Of a DNA stretch of 64,000 nucleotides, positions 50,021-63,388 are shown one piece after another (the stretch's first letter is position 1; each line of letters starts with the position of its first letter). The position numbers and the translations under genes were made by a program. Below the pieces are notes generated by a model. The model searched no databases and was not told where the DNA came from. It saw only the letters and a program-made list of their open reading frames with translations. Origin of the DNA: Podarcis tiliguerta (Eukaryota); assembly GCA_965153285.1 (NCBI GenBank), contig OZ229110.1; one strand, written 5' to 3'.

Positions 50021-52154
50021 TTTTTGTTCACTTGGCTAGATGGTACAGATCGGGACAGTCATGTTCTGTCTTCTGAGATATGATACATTTTCTATGAAAA
50101 GCTAGCTGCCAACTTTATCTGCCTGGAATAACTCATGCCTCACACTTAGTTTAGAAAGCCTAGCCTCTCCAGGGAAACTCAAAATGGAAGGATCAGCATT
50201 GATGCTGGAGATCTGAATGCCATTGACACATTCATCTCAATCCTCTCATCTGAGCCTCTGTTTAGAGCATCACTTTCTAGGCTACTTTTGTAACAAGAGA
50301 TAGAAGAGGTTTCTCTTAAATGATTGATCATAGGGATGGATGAACTTATTTTATATTCAGTTCCAGGAAGCAACTCCATACCATAACAGGCATAATACTT
50401 CTTGGAGAATACTTCTTGGAGAATTCTTCTTGGAGAATTATATGGAGAAAAAGATGGGTGCCCCATGCACCTATAGGAGCTGCCATCTTTCCCCCCCCCC
50501 ATACAATGTCCTTTGAAGGTTACTGTGAAGATCAGCTGGGTTGCGTATTTCTCTCTCTGCTCATCAAATCACATGACTGGCCATTAGCATCTCTATTGAA
50601 CGGTATAAAATATTTTGATCAAAATAAACAAACTGAAAGTTAATTTTCTGGATCATATTTCCTGTTAACTTAAAACAAGCAAAGGGTTAGATACTGGGAC
50701 TTCAAAATGATAGCAACTAAGTAGGTCATACTGCTCAGGCCATCACTGAATTCCATCCCTTTGCTAGCTTACATAAATACTGAAATAGGATGAACTTAGC
50801 CCATCAGGTTTTAAGAACCGAATAAAAATCTTTTGGGGTGCAAGGTGAAAAATCCAGCACCTTTTCTTCCCAGGAACAGGCCCCATCAGTACAGCCCTCC
50901 TGCATGCATCTTACTGAAGGAAGGTGCTCTCTTGCAGTTCCCATTCATTCAAGTGGGGCAGAATTTTTCTCTAATGGATGTTGTGCTACAGTTTGGATCT
51001 GCTTCCCACTCAGCTGTCTTGAAGACACTCCGAATCTGTCTGCCATGGCAGCTGCTTGTCTCATGGTGGAGTTGCCTTGGTGTTGTTTCAGTGAAACTAA
51101 TGAGCCAAGAACCTTATATAAACCCAGTGAGCCATCCTTACGATGAGGGATAGATGAGGCGATGGCACAATACAATCATTTTATTTTATGTAAGCCAGCA
51201 GGAAGGAATGCAAGAGGAGCCTTACAACTTAGTCATGCCTGTGGTTTTTATGATCTGGCGAGTGTTGTCCTGATACTGAGCCAGTCCTAGCAGGAATCAG
51301 TGTGGCCTTTCTGAGCTAGTTAGGAGCTCACCTCTGGGCTTTCATTGGAGAATAGCAAAGAGGACAGAGCCAGCATTATTATTTTTCAGCCATGCTGTTG
51401 CGAGGGCACGCGAAGCTTTAAAACAAATCCTAACGAGCTCGTTCCCGGAAGCGCGCTGACAAAAATAGTGCCTGCTTCTCTCTGATCATCTTGCTTGCTC
51501 CTAGCCTAGCTCTCAATTAATGATTCAGGACTTATGTTTAAAGCTCGCTGTGTAATGGCTGCCGCTCTGAAGTCCCCGATGACGCAAACCTGGCTTTCTC
51601 TGCATATCTTCCGCATCGGAAACTGGGGCACACAACTCGAAGACAGTTAACCTGCTCTTTACAGGTTTGAAGCAGAATCTCTGACTCGTCGCAGTTGTGT
51701 GGGTGGCTGTGAGGAAGGCCGAGTGCAGGAGAAACAATATTGCTGTCAGCCTTGAGATATAATTGGACACGATCGCCTGCGCTAACTACGCACGGGCAGT
51801 TTCTTGGCGTTCTTGGTATTATTATCCGATCCTGGAGGCCATCTGCTAAGTTGACAGAGACCATCTGTTTCAGGGGTGCAATTAACCACCTGCTAGCTCT
51901 TGCTCCGGAGGAGGAGTAATTGGCCTAGGCAAGGGGCAGCACCTCATCTTGACAACCACAGATTTCCAGGCTGGAAAGAGCTCCCTGGTACCCAGGGAGT
52001 CCATGAGGAAGAGCGGCTAGCCAAGTAGGGAGGTTGGCAGGTTGGACCAGACACTATCTCTCAATCTGACCTAGTTCACAGGGGTATAAAAGGAGGAGGG
52101 GAACTATTTATGGATGTATTTTATTCTAAGTTTTATTATGGCCTTTATATCCCA

Positions 52155-52500
52155 GGACCATATAACACCGGTCCTAACATATCTACATTAGCTCCCAGCA
52201 TAATTCAAAATGTTGGTGCTGACCTTTAAAGGCCTAAATGGCCTTGGCCCTGTATACCTGAAGGGGCGTCTCCATTCCCAGACTCTGAGGTCCAGCACTG
52301 AGGGCCTTCTGGCAGTTCCCTCACTGAGAGAAGTGAGGTTACTGGGAACCAGGCTGAAGGCCTTCTCGGTAGTTGTGCCTGCCCTGTGGAACGCCCTCCC
52401 ATCAAATGTCAAGGAAATAAATAACTATCTGACTTTTAGAAGACATTTGAAGGCAGTCCTGCATTGGGTTTTTAATTTGTTGGGCGGCATATAAATTATA
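52155..52500 (+). mobile_element. L2-clade LINE 3' fragment
   Basis: gaccatataacaccggt...ttcaaaatgttggtgctgacctttaaa (HITPVL-type L2 C-terminus); paralogous to 61425-61830. Confidence 0.75.
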
Positions 52501-52544
52501 TTACTACTACCAGTGCTGCTACTATTACTACGACTACTATTAAA

Positions 52545-52816
52545 GTTATGCATGGCATGGAGAAAGCATATTTCCTCCTCCTCCTCAGACCTCTAGAACC
52601 CAATGAAATGGAATGGTGGCAGAACCAGGACAGACAAAAGGAAGCATTTTTTTCACACAGCACATAGTCAAATTATGGAATTTGCTCCCACAGGATGTGG
52701 TGATGACCACCAACCTGGGCAGCTCTACAGCATATTAGACTCATGAAATATAAGGCTATCAATGCCTACAAGTCATGGTGGCTATATATTTCCTCCAGTA
52801 TCAGAGGCAGTATACT
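52545..52816 (+). mobile_element. CR1 LINE 3' fragment
   Basis: Similar to 42620-42870 (caggacagacaaaag...cacagcacatagt...ggaatttgctcccaca). Confidence 0.75.
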
Positions 52817-53478
52817 GTCTCATGTGATTCTATTCGGCCATTGTCTATCCTTTATCATTAATTTCTTAGTAAATGTGTGTAAGCCAAACCAGCCTGTCAC
52901 ATTATTGTTGTTATTACCAAATTCTCCTTAGTGCACGTGTTTCTGTTTATTTCCATTTCACACACTGCTTGTTACTGGGTTACGGTGCTCTCACATGCAC
53001 AAGAACTCACATTTTGTCATTTATCATCATCATCATCATCACCATACAATCATGCCCTGTTGTTAAGAATCAATTATTGTGTCTGGCATGTGATGCTTGC
53101 AGCAAACCACATAGTGACCTTGAGGCAAAGTTGGGGGCAATTGTAGAGGTGGAGCAGTTTCCTCTCTCAAGCTTACTCCATCCTCCCTGCCCCCCAAGCA
53201 GAAGCAGCTTAGGCAAGTGGAGTGGGTGAAAATTGGCTTTGGATTGGGTAAAAATTGACCCACAATATGGAAGTTTCCCATGCCCAAGCCAGCCTACTCT
53301 GCAAAACAAAGTTTGCTGCTCTGTAGGCAGTATAACCTACAGGCACTGAATCTGTGCCCACAAATGAACCACAGAGTAAATCCCTTTTAGTATTTAGCAA
53401 AAACAAAACAAAAACACACTCTGGATCTCTTTGTCTGAAATTTGACAGGCATCTTACTCAGGAAACCTCTCTCTGCTA

Positions 53479-53720
53479 CAGTGGTACCTCCAGTTACGAA
53501 CTTAAATCGTTCCGGAGGTCCATTCTTAAGCCGAAACCATTCTTAACATGAGGCGTACTTTCACTAATGGGGCCTCCCGCTGCTGCCACACCACCCGTGA
53601 GCGACTTCCACTTGCATCCTGGTGCAAAGTTTGCAACTAAGGGCATCTACTTTCGGGTTAGCGGAGCTTGTTACGTGAAGCATTTGTAAAGAGGAGGGTA
53701 CGTAACCCGAGGTTCCACTG
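53479..53720 (+). mobile_element. Tc1/mariner MITE, related subfamily
   Basis: TA|CAGTGGTACCTC...GAGGTTCCACTG|TA. Confidence 0.85.
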
Positions 53721-54381
53721 TATTTGCAGACCAATTGCCCACAAAACTCTAGGGATGATAAAGTGGTTCCTTCTTCACCCACCCTAAAACTCTACATGCT
53801 GTCCTTGCAGGAAAACCATTGCAGATAACCTTCTGAACTTTTGCAGGATCCATATACTCAGAAGGGCCTCCCATGTCTGTAAATTTATCCAAAGTTATGT
53901 CAAAAAAATAAAGACATAGTAAATGTTTCCATTTAAGGAACAAACAAATCAAAATTAAAAGTGTCCAGCAACACACACACAAAAGACCCCTAGATGTATT
54001 TGCCTATCATTTGCAGCATTTATCCTCTTTGGAGAAACTATAGTGCCTACAAATTTTATCCACTTCTGTCAAAAGGGTTGGGGTAAATTAAATCTTGTTT
54101 TTCCTAACAAAAACTCAGACCCAAAGTCTAATTGGCAAGGTCCTGAATCACTTCAGAATGAGGCAGTTACTTTTCCAAAGCATGACATCAACTCCAGACT
54201 TGTGGCCAAAGGTTTCAAGAACAACCTTGCAATTATTACTATGTAGTAAAATGCATTCAGGACTCTAAAGTCCTTGAACAGTGTCCACATTTGGGTTCAG
54301 CATCATCGGCACACAGCATATTCACTCCCTCCCAGAGAATACAATTTGTTTGAATAATAGCTTATATAATTCATAGGATAC

Positions 54382-54695
54382 CTTGTCAAATGTTTTCATC
54401 TTCTCACACTGTACTGTTCCATATGGCTCCCCCACATTTGCCAGACTCGGTTTAATTTCCCCCACGATGCTGTGCCTAGAGAATTTATCACAGTTTCTCA
54501 AGGTGAGAGTCAGCATTGCCTCAGGTAGCTCCTCCTCCTTTACTGGAAACAGTAGAGCTTCCTCCCAGACAATCTGGGGCTTCTTCTTCTTCAACACAGT
54601 TTGAGCTTCAGAGGTGCTGGACTTGGTCACCAAAGTGCCTAGGATATAGCAATCACAGCCATTGTTCTGGTCTCCTGCTGCACTTCCATATGTAG
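54382..54695 (-). CDS. SYT13: Synaptotagmin-13 exon 4 (C2A)
   Basis: Acceptor ctgcag| and donor AAG|GTATCC. Encodes GCDCYI...EAQTVLKKK...WEEALLFP...LTLTLRNCDKFSRHSIVGE. Confidence 0.93.
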
Positions 54696-55546
54696 CTGCA
54701 GAACCAGGGAAAGAAAGATAAACTGTACTTAAAATGAATACCAAAGTACTTTCAGGAGAAAAATTGCCGTTTTTCTCTTTCAGCATTTTGATTTAATAAA
54801 AACGATTCAAACCCATCCTTGTGCAAGGATAAAGGTTCTCTCCCCCCGCCCACCCTTATTGCCAGTAATTGGTGGTATTTGCATCTCTGAGATCTTATGA
54901 TGGTTTGGAAACTTCAATGGCAGTGAAAAAAGGAGTAAGAAAAAAGCAGTCCAGCGAACTGTTCGATTTGAAATCTGAATTTAAATCCCAGGTTTGCTTT
55001 CAGCTCATTGGCCCATTCAGATGTAATAATCCTGCTAGAATGAACCATGGTTTAGTGAGCTGCAAATTACCTATGTGTCTGCCTGTGCACTCCCTCCAGT
55101 TTCCCAGGACACCTGAACCAGGAAATTGTGGCTGAAGGGCTTTAAGATCCTGGTTTGTAGGGAGCCCTTAATCTCAGTTCAAATACCAGAGAGAAAACTG
55201 TGATTTAAGAAACCTTTTGCTCAAGCAGCATGTGTAAGGGGAAGAAGGGAGAGACAAGGAGAGAGCGCAGGGGCACATACACATATTACTGGTCCACCAA
55301 ACTGCAGTTTCTTTGCACAAGGCTCAAAATGTCTTGGCTTCGGTTTGCCATCTGTAAAACAAGATGTTCAGTTACGTGCTTTGCGGGGGTTTTGTATATG
55401 AAATGAGATGGTAACAAAATGTGGGATCCTAAATTTGTTATGGATCTGTTTACTACTCATATCTGTAAGGAGAGCTTGTTGTATGATTTTGCTTTCAAAT
55501 GAAAAGTTGCCACAACTGATAAAATGCAAAGATATGGGCTCCTTAC

Positions 55547-55681
55547 CTTCAAGAAAAGCAACACACAGTGCATCTTTCTGTTGGTTGTAGCCAAGAGAAT
55601 AGCGAAGTTCTGGGACTTGGTTGCAGCCACCAGCTTTCTCGGGGTTCAGACACTCAGTGACACATACATCTTTCACTCCAC
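55547..55681 (-). CDS. SYT13: Synaptotagmin-13 exon 3 (start of C2A)
   Basis: 135 nt, AG/GT bounded; encodes GVKDVCVTECLNPEKAGGCNQVPELRYSLGYNQQKDALCVAFLE. Confidence 0.92.
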
Positions 55682-58187
55682 CTGGAACACACACGGGTCT
55701 TTTAATAAGAGGATGCCTCTTGTTGCAGTCAAATTTGGCTACATTTGTTTTTCCTCTTTGATTACATCATATCAAATTACCTTGGCATTCCACCATCGTT
55801 TTGTGTTTCTAGTCATACCATTGGAACTATCTTTTATTGATAGCAAGATCTTTATCTTGGCTCTATTCAAGATTTTTAGGCTGGATGGAAATTTAAAATA
55901 TGTGATTCAGGTAAAAATATGCTATTTCAAGAACAGCAAAGCCAAGCACATACAAGAAGCCTACTATAAGAGGGAGGAAGAGTGGGAGACCCAGGGACAA
56001 ACTGCGTGAGGCCCAGTTGGCCTTGATTTATCCTTCAGGAGCGGATCCACAGGTGCAGTTGGCCCCACCCTTAGGGAGGGCCTGTATCCCAGCCTGCCTG
56101 TGATTGGTCAGTGCACAAAGCAACAGGCCACACACACTGGCCAGGCCTCCCACCCCAGCATGCTGCCAGATTGCGATGGAAGCCGAGGCCGGTCTGCAAT
56201 GTTGCCTGACCATCAAAGGTAAGCTGACTTGGCCTGAATCGATGGCCCTTTTATAGAAAGCAACATTTCAACAGATTTTTAATATATTTTTGCAAGGTTA
56301 GATTTATCATTTTCAATAGACATTAGTTAAAATGTCTAGATCTTGGTCCTCCTCCATTCTAGATATATTTTATACCACTCACTTTGGAACCTTGGCCACA
56401 GATTTTAGATGGAAAAACCCCCTTCAAAGGACTTGCAATAACTCGATTCAAGATTTTAACCTTCTTTCCCTCTTTGGACACCTGACCTGCATGCCATTTT
56501 ACAAACTGCTCTTTCAAGAAATGGACAAAAGCCTCTCTTGCTCACTGTACTACTAAACTTAGGGTTGGCACTTTGTTTGCTGCCTGGGGATGATAGGAGC
56601 TGCTGTTAAAAACATCTGGGTGGTACAAGGTTTGGGGAAGACTCTTTTGGACTTTTGTGACTAGAGCCCACTTCATCAGATGCCTCACGTGAGATCAAAC
56701 TATGTACAGCCTCGAAGGAACAGACAAAACTGGTGAAATCCGTATGAACGTTGGTTGAAAGCTTTGAAACCCAAGGAGAAGCTGCTCAAGAATGTTGACT
56801 CAGACTCTTTGGTCCATTGAGCTCAGTAGCTCTCCAAAGTTTCAGATGGCAGACGTTTCCATCTGTAAGTGGAGATGTTGTAGACAGGACCTGGGACCTT
56901 CTCCATGCAAAAGAGGTGCTCAGTGAAAGAGCCATGGCTCTTCCGCTCCTCAAAATGTGGTGGATTTAATCCCCCTGTTTTAACATAAAATGGAATATTG
57001 AATTGTATGGACTACAGCTCCATAGCTTGATGGTTTGATTCATCAAAGCAATGCTTATGCTCTAAATTGTTTGAAATGCTTTTAACCAGGCTCTCCTGGG
57101 ATCCAGGATGCAGGACTTCAACATCCTCCCCTCTTCCATAGTCTATTCTCAAAGCAACTGTTCCTGTTGAGCATCAGACCATGATGCTCTGGAGAGCGTT
57201 TGTGTCTCCTCTTTCCCTCTCTGCTATCACAGTCCTTGCACACACACATTAAAAAATTTATATTCATTAAAAACCCAAATCCTTGTAGTGGAATAAATTG
57301 TTAAAGGAAATCACATTAAATACATGTATTTATTTTACATATGCAAATCATTGGGCTCAGTGGAGAACCATTTCGAATCTGATTTCTTGTTTTTAACATT
57401 AATTGGGCGAGGAATATTCAGAGATTCACTACAGTTCTTACTACATACTGAGCTGTCAACAACTGTTACACATTTAAAGCTCTGGTCCTAGAGTTCTCCC
57501 AAGGCAGATATGTTCAATTCATCCTATCCTATCCCTTCCCTTCCCTAAAACACTTCTCGTTATTATTTCATCACTGGGTCAGTAGTAGCTGAAGCAGTGG
57601 CATTATGCCCTGAAGAAGCTGGGGAAACCAAGTGCCAAATGATTTCTGAGGTTAAAAATAAATTTCTCTATAAACCATGTACATGCCTGCTGGAAAATCC
57701 CCAGGAAAACAGAATGATTGGAGCTGTCACAAGAAAAAGATGTGCTCTTAAAAGGATGGTTGTGGACAGGGAAAAATCAATAGGGCTGCTGAACATTGCT
57801 AGAGGTGAATACAGAGAATTTGCTCCAAGTTACAATAATCTAAATTGTAGGATTGATTTGTACACTTTTTGCACTGGAGCTCTAAACTTATATTGAACTT
57901 GCACTAAAAAACCCCTCCAACCCTCCCGCTTAATCTTAAAGACTTCACTAACTTGCCAATTAGTCATTTATACCGGGAACTGAAATCAGAAAGAGGAAAT
58001 AGTGTGGTCACTAATCTGTTTTGTTTTTGGGTTTTTTTTATTAAAGATTTTCTTGTTTTACAGAAGTAAGTGTAATGCCTCGTATTTTTTCCATGTAACA
58101 TTTTTACAAATCCGTTTCATTTGTTGAGACATTAGGGTCACTAATCTGAATTGGAAGCAACCACATGTAGTTTGGCAAGGTGCTCAC

Positions 58188-58410
58188 CATTTTGAGGGAG
58201 AATGAATAACTCTTCATTGACACGAATGTTCATTCTTTTCTCATCCAGAGCTGTAGGCTTCCCCTTGCTTGGCTCTTTCATCCTCTTTAAGGTATAATCT
58301 GCACAGTTAACAATTTCCGATGTGGTCACTACTGGCTTTGGATCATAGATATGTGGAAACTTGAGGATTGTCCTGGGCTGTACAGCTTCTGCCGTCTTCT
58401 CAACATTGAA
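58188..58410 (-). CDS. SYT13: Synaptotagmin-13 exon 2
   Basis: Acceptor ttctttcatttcag|; encodes FNVEKTAEAVQPRTILKFPHIYDPKP...EELFILPQNG; donor G|GTGAGC. Exon 1 was not found and is presumably beyond 64000. Confidence 0.93.
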
Positions 58411-59123
58411 CTGAAATGAAAGAACCCCATCAATTATGCTGATTGCATTAATTCAGAATTTCTAACATGGTGTTTCTTCAACAGAAGTCATGCTTATGAA
58501 GGCTGACACTGTACTGACAGAATTCACAATGGTTCATAAATCAAAGGCAGTTTGTTTTTAAATAAATTCACCCATGGCTATTGCTTCCATAATCCTATTT
58601 TTTCCTGGTTTTCTTATTCTTTTTAGATGCTTTCCTCCCACTCTTCATCCTTCTCTCTGTTATGGATCGAATGGTCCTTTTTCTGTTATGGATTGTTCTG
58701 TTATGGATTCTGTTATGGATTGTTATGGTCCTTTTGTTAACATTTTTATGTGAATCTACCTAATTCACACTCCCTGAACCAAAACAGAAACAGAAACACA
58801 GCTATCCTTTGAAATTCACACTTTTACAGATTTCACAATCGTTTTCCAACCAGAAATGTTTATGTTAAGCGCATACAAAAATGCACACCTTAGCAAAAAT
58901 AATATATAAAAATGCATTATGCTTGTTCAACTTGCCTAAACAAATGTGTATATTAGGAAAAATGAACATGCATACTTTTTTATGCCCTGTTTCCAGGAGA
59001 AAGTAATCCCTGGAGCTGGAGTATTTGATTGCCAAGCTGAATGTCGAATGGGGGTACTCTAGCTCCCTATGGCACTGCACTGGGTCATGCCAGAAGAACA
59101 TAGTATTACCATTTGTTGCCATG

Positions 59124-59490
59124 CAGTGGTGTAGTGTGGGTTGCTGGTGCCCAGGGCGAACAAGCCACCATGCTGCTGTAGTGTCTCCCCCCCCCCAAAT
59201 AACCCGGGGCCACATTGTACTGCCTGCCTGCCCACGCAGAGAGGAGCCCTGTCAGCTGTCACAACCCTTGGCAGGCGAATCTTCCCGATGTCCACAGAGA
59301 GGAAAGCTGGGCCAGGCTGCGCTGGGGTTGCCCCTTGCCCGCCTCACTCTGTCCGTGCCTGCGCACCGTGGGCCTGTGCTACTCTGCCGCCAGAACAGGG
59401 ATACCTGCGGAAGCCTGCGCCTGCATGGGGGCATCTGGTGGTGCCCTCTCATAATTTTGTGCCATGGCCCCCTCCCACACTACACCACTG
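59124..59490. mobile_element. Non-autonomous hAT element (367 bp)
   Basis: Perfect 17-bp TIRs CAGTGGTGTAGTGTGGG / CCCACACTACACCACTG and perfect 8-bp TSD TTGCCATG. Confidence 0.92.
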
Positions 59491-59889
59491 TTGCCATGCA
59501 GCCTCCCTTGCATGGCTCACAGCTTGAGAGCACCTCAGAGTTAGACAATGACTCCATTTCCCCTGGACACCTAACACTGGATTGCATAATGACATTTTCT
59601 GTATGCTGTACAGAAGAGGTGAGGGATCTGTGGCTCTCCAGATGTGGGATACTATCTCCCATCAGCCCATGACAGCAGAGCCAATGGACAGGAATGATGG
59701 GAGTTTTAGTCCAGCCACATCTGGCAGGCTGCAGGTTCTCCATCCCTGTTGTACGCTTTTGTTTTTTCTATTATCCCATTACTCAATCCCATGAACCATA
59801 ATTTGAGAAGTGGGCCACCTAGTCTAAGGCAGATTGCTCTGTTCCTGTAATCCCTTGCCCCTTTTGATTAGCTTCAAAGTGGACCAATG

Positions 59890-60126
59890 TCTGGTTTGGA
59901 TTTGATATCCCGCCTTTCACTCCCCTTCAGGAGTCTCAAAGCGGCTAACATTCTCCTTTCCCTTCCTCCCCCACAACAAACACTCTGTGAGGTGAGTGGG
60001 GCTGAGAGACTTCAAAGAAGTGTGACTGGCCCAAGGTCACCCAGCAGCTGCATGTGGAGGAGCGGGGACGCGAACCCGGTTCCCCAGATTACGAGACTAC
60101 CGCTCTTAACCACTACACCACACTGG
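59890..60126 (-). mobile_element. tRNA-derived squamate SINE (MIR/CORE-like)
   Basis: The - strand reads ccagtgtggtgtagtggttaagagcgg...ggttcgcgtcccc...gggtgaccttgggccagtcac...ctcagccccactcacctcacag. An older relative lies at about 9570-9770 (+). Confidence 0.75.
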
Positions 60127-60729
60127 TTGCTATAGTTAAAAACATCTAACATTTAAGGAAATGTGGTTTGGGATTTTTTCTTTTTCAAGTGCCTTCCTCC
60201 TTGCTTTAAGCTACGGGAAGTAGGGGGCTGATAGATGTACAAGTTTTATCCCTTGTATATGCATGGTTGTGTCCACACAAATAACAATTCCAATGTTCAG
60301 ACAGATGCTTTTGGCTACAGCACAAGTCAGGGTGTGTGATTGTGTTGTTGTATATTTTATATCAGGCATGTAGCGGTGGGCTCGCCTTGCAGTGGAGAGC
60401 ACGAGACATGAGCTATTGTTGCTGCCATCATTTCGTGCCAAAAGCCAGACACTCCACCAGGCAATCCATCATTGCATAACAACCGACAGCCCCCAGGGGA
60501 GCCATACACAAGTGCTGTGGGGACCAATCCGCCTCTTCTCCAGCTGCATCTGCTTTTGTTTATTGTGAATACTACAAGTTCTGCTTCTCAAATTGTGACA
60601 GCTGATGATTTAAGAGACTCCCATCCCCTTTGCAAATGGAAATGCAACCACCACATCTTAAATAAGATGACATGCACAGGTTTGAAATATGAGAAGCCCT
60701 GAAAGCACAACCTTTCTGCTTTCTTTTCT

Positions 60730-60734
<5 letters not shown>

Positions 60735-60779
<45 letters not shown>
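60735..60779. repeat. (GA)n microsatellite
   Basis: Read directly from the sequence. Confidence 0.95.
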
Positions 60780-60783
<4 letters not shown>

Positions 60784-61424
60784 CACTGGATTGGTTGCTA
60801 GGGTTGAACAAACACCAGCTAACTCAGAATAGTAGATTCCCATTGTAAGCCAGCCCATCTCAAAACACCAAACCATATGCAAAATATATTTTTGTTAGGT
60901 AGATTTCTCAGAACTGGAGAACCTGAATTTATTATTTTGGATTTCTTTTGCAATGCATGATATTTCTTGCAGTGTAGAAAGGCAAGAATACAATTATGTG
61001 TAAAAAACATACTCTAGCTTCCCCTCCGTGACCGTGTCACAATCCCCGATATTGACAAGATTCAGCATCTGTGTTCCAAACATTGTTCTCTTCCCACTGA
61101 TGGAAAACTATAACAGTGTATATGTGCTAAGGAACCGATATAAATGGATACAGATAGAATACACTTCCCACACAAACAAATCCATCTGAGGCTTAGGTTT
61201 GAAACACATATGCACTTGTTCTGAAGCAGACGCTTGGAAAAGGAAGGCTTGTTCCTGGCAAGAGAAGCCTGGTTATTTTTGAAAACAGAAGGGGGGGGGG
61301 AATCAGAATTACGCAGGCAAGTTATCTAAGGATATCTTCCACCTTCAAAGACAGACTGCCTCTTTAATCATGTAATTACAGTGCCAATTCACACATTCAT
61401 GTTCCTCACTTGTCGATGGCAGAA

Positions 61425-61830
61425 TTCAGTATTGACTGCGGCAGCTAGACTAGTGACTGGGAGTGGCCGCTGGGACCATATAACACCGGTGCTAAAGGAT
61501 CTTCACTGGCTCCCAGTACGTTTCTGAGCACAATTCAAAGTGTTGGTGCTGACCTTTAAAGCCCTAAACAGCCTCAGCCCAGTATACCTGAAGGAGCATC
61601 TCCACCCTCATTGTTCAGCCCGGACACTGAGGTCCTCCTCTGAGAGTCTTCTGCTGGTTCCCTCACTGTGAGAATGAAGTTACAGGGAACCAGGCAGAAG
61701 GCCTTCTTGGTAGTGGCACCCTCCCTGTGGAACACGCTCCCTTCAGATATCAAGGAAATAAACAAGACATCTGAAAGCAGCCCTGTTTAGGGAAGTTTTT
61801 AAGGATTGATGCTTTTATTATGTTTTTTGA
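61425..61830 (+). mobile_element. L2-clade LINE 3' fragment
   Basis: Encodes a DHITPVLKDLHWLPV-like sequence; paralogous to 52155-52500. Confidence 0.78.
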
Positions 61831-62567
61831 TGATGATGATGATTAACTTGAACGGGTGAAACAGCCACTGTAGACCTACCATTACAGAGAGACATTTCAC
61901 AAGACAAAGGAGGAAAAGTGAGAGTCAATATGGGATTTGTGAGTGTATCATTTAGGACTAGATGTATGTGTGCCAGATTGTGTGAAGTAACGATTTGATC
62001 TGGCTGGGAATAAGCTTTAATGAAGTTGGTGCACAGGCTTCTGAGTAAACCCTTAAAAGATTTCCAGAGAGATGTTAGTCTGCTGCAGCAAAAACAACAA
62101 AGACTATTTAATTTTGTTATGGCATAAGCTTTTGCAGACTAGACCATAGTTAATCAGAGACATGATCCTCAGTAATCAGGTATTTTCAATGCAAGGGTGC
62201 AGAGAGGAAAAGAAAGGTTTGTGACAACACAACTAGAGCTTAAATCCTTTGGACATCTATCATTTTTGCTCATGCTGGCAAGGGCTTTGGATACTTTAAT
62301 TTAATAATATCTGGCTTCCCTAATTTAAAACCCAGTTTTATTGTCACTGGCTGTACTTCTTGGATTCCATTGCCATTTAACTGCAGACTTTATCTTCTTT
62401 TTCTTTACACCTATGTGCAGAATGTGCATGGCAACTGTGGCTCCCACTTCATGCATCTCATGAAGTGGGCTCTAGTTTATGAGATGCAACAATAAGATTT
62501 GCTCATCTCTGAAATGCAAAAGATCATTAACTTCAAGCACAACAGAAGGATTAGGAGTCCTTATGAT

Positions 62568-62774
62568 TAGGGTTGCCATATTTCAAACAGTGAAAATCTG
62601 GACAGAAAGGTTTGTTTCATTTTTAGTTTTGCCCAAAGTTGTTTTTTGACCATTTTGAGCTATTTTTATGGAAAATTGGCACTCCCAGACACTTTTGACA
62701 ATTTCCACCCAAACACTGCTGCCGAATGCAGTGTTCTATATATGTCTGGGCAATCTGGATGTATGGCAACCCGA
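62568..62774. mobile_element. Degraded hAT-like MITE
   Basis: TAGGGTTGCCATA...TATGGCAACCC inverted ends. Confidence 0.6.
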
Positions 62775-62883
62775 AAATAAGTGCTGGCTTTGGTATTTGT
62801 CTGGTTCCATTTAAAAGTGGTATTCGCTTATGGACTTTAAAAAATGAAAACTGGATCAAAGTTTGCCATGAGGATGAGTGATA

Positions 62884-63124
62884 CAGTGGTACCTCGGTTT
62901 AAAAACAGCCCTGTTTACGAACTATTCATTTTATGAACTCCGAAAAACCGGAAGTAGTGCCACAGTTTGCGAACTTTACCTCAATCTAAGAACAGAAGCT
63001 GAACGGTGGAAGGGCACCGGCGGCGGGAGGCCCCATTAGGGAAAGCATGCCTCAGTTTAAGAACAGTTTCGGTTTAAGAACGGACTTCCGGAACGGATTA
63101 AGTTTGTAAACCAAGGTACCACTG
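62884..63124 (-). mobile_element. Tc1/mariner MITE, related subfamily
   Basis: TA|CAGTGGTACCTCGG...AGGTACCACTG|TA. Confidence 0.85.
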
Positions 63125-63137
63125 TAGTAGGGTTATA

Positions 63138-63388
63138 CAGTCATACCTTGGTTGCTGAACTTAAACCATTCTGGGAGTCCTTTCGACTCCGAAAACGGTT
63201 CAACAACCAAGGCACGGTTTCCAATTGGCTGCAGGAGCTTCCTGCACTCAAGCGGAAGCTGTGGAAACCACGTCGGACATTCGGCTTCTGAAAAACGTTT
63301 GCAAACCGGAACAGTCACTTCTGGGTTTGCAGTGTTCAGGAGCTAAAACATCCAAGTACCAAGGCGTTTGATAACTAAGGCATGACTA
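63138..63388. mobile_element. Second Tc1/mariner-type MITE family
   Basis: TA|CAGTCATACCTTGG...AAGGCATGACTA|TA imperfect inverted repeats. Confidence 0.75.

Noticed and set aside
59025-59672. 215-aa ORF and other 60-180-aa ORFs in the track (for example 21702-22232, 28739-29269, 63386-63913)
   Set aside because: They overlap GC-rich MITEs or low-complexity sequence, have no recognisable domains or splice context, and are expected by chance.
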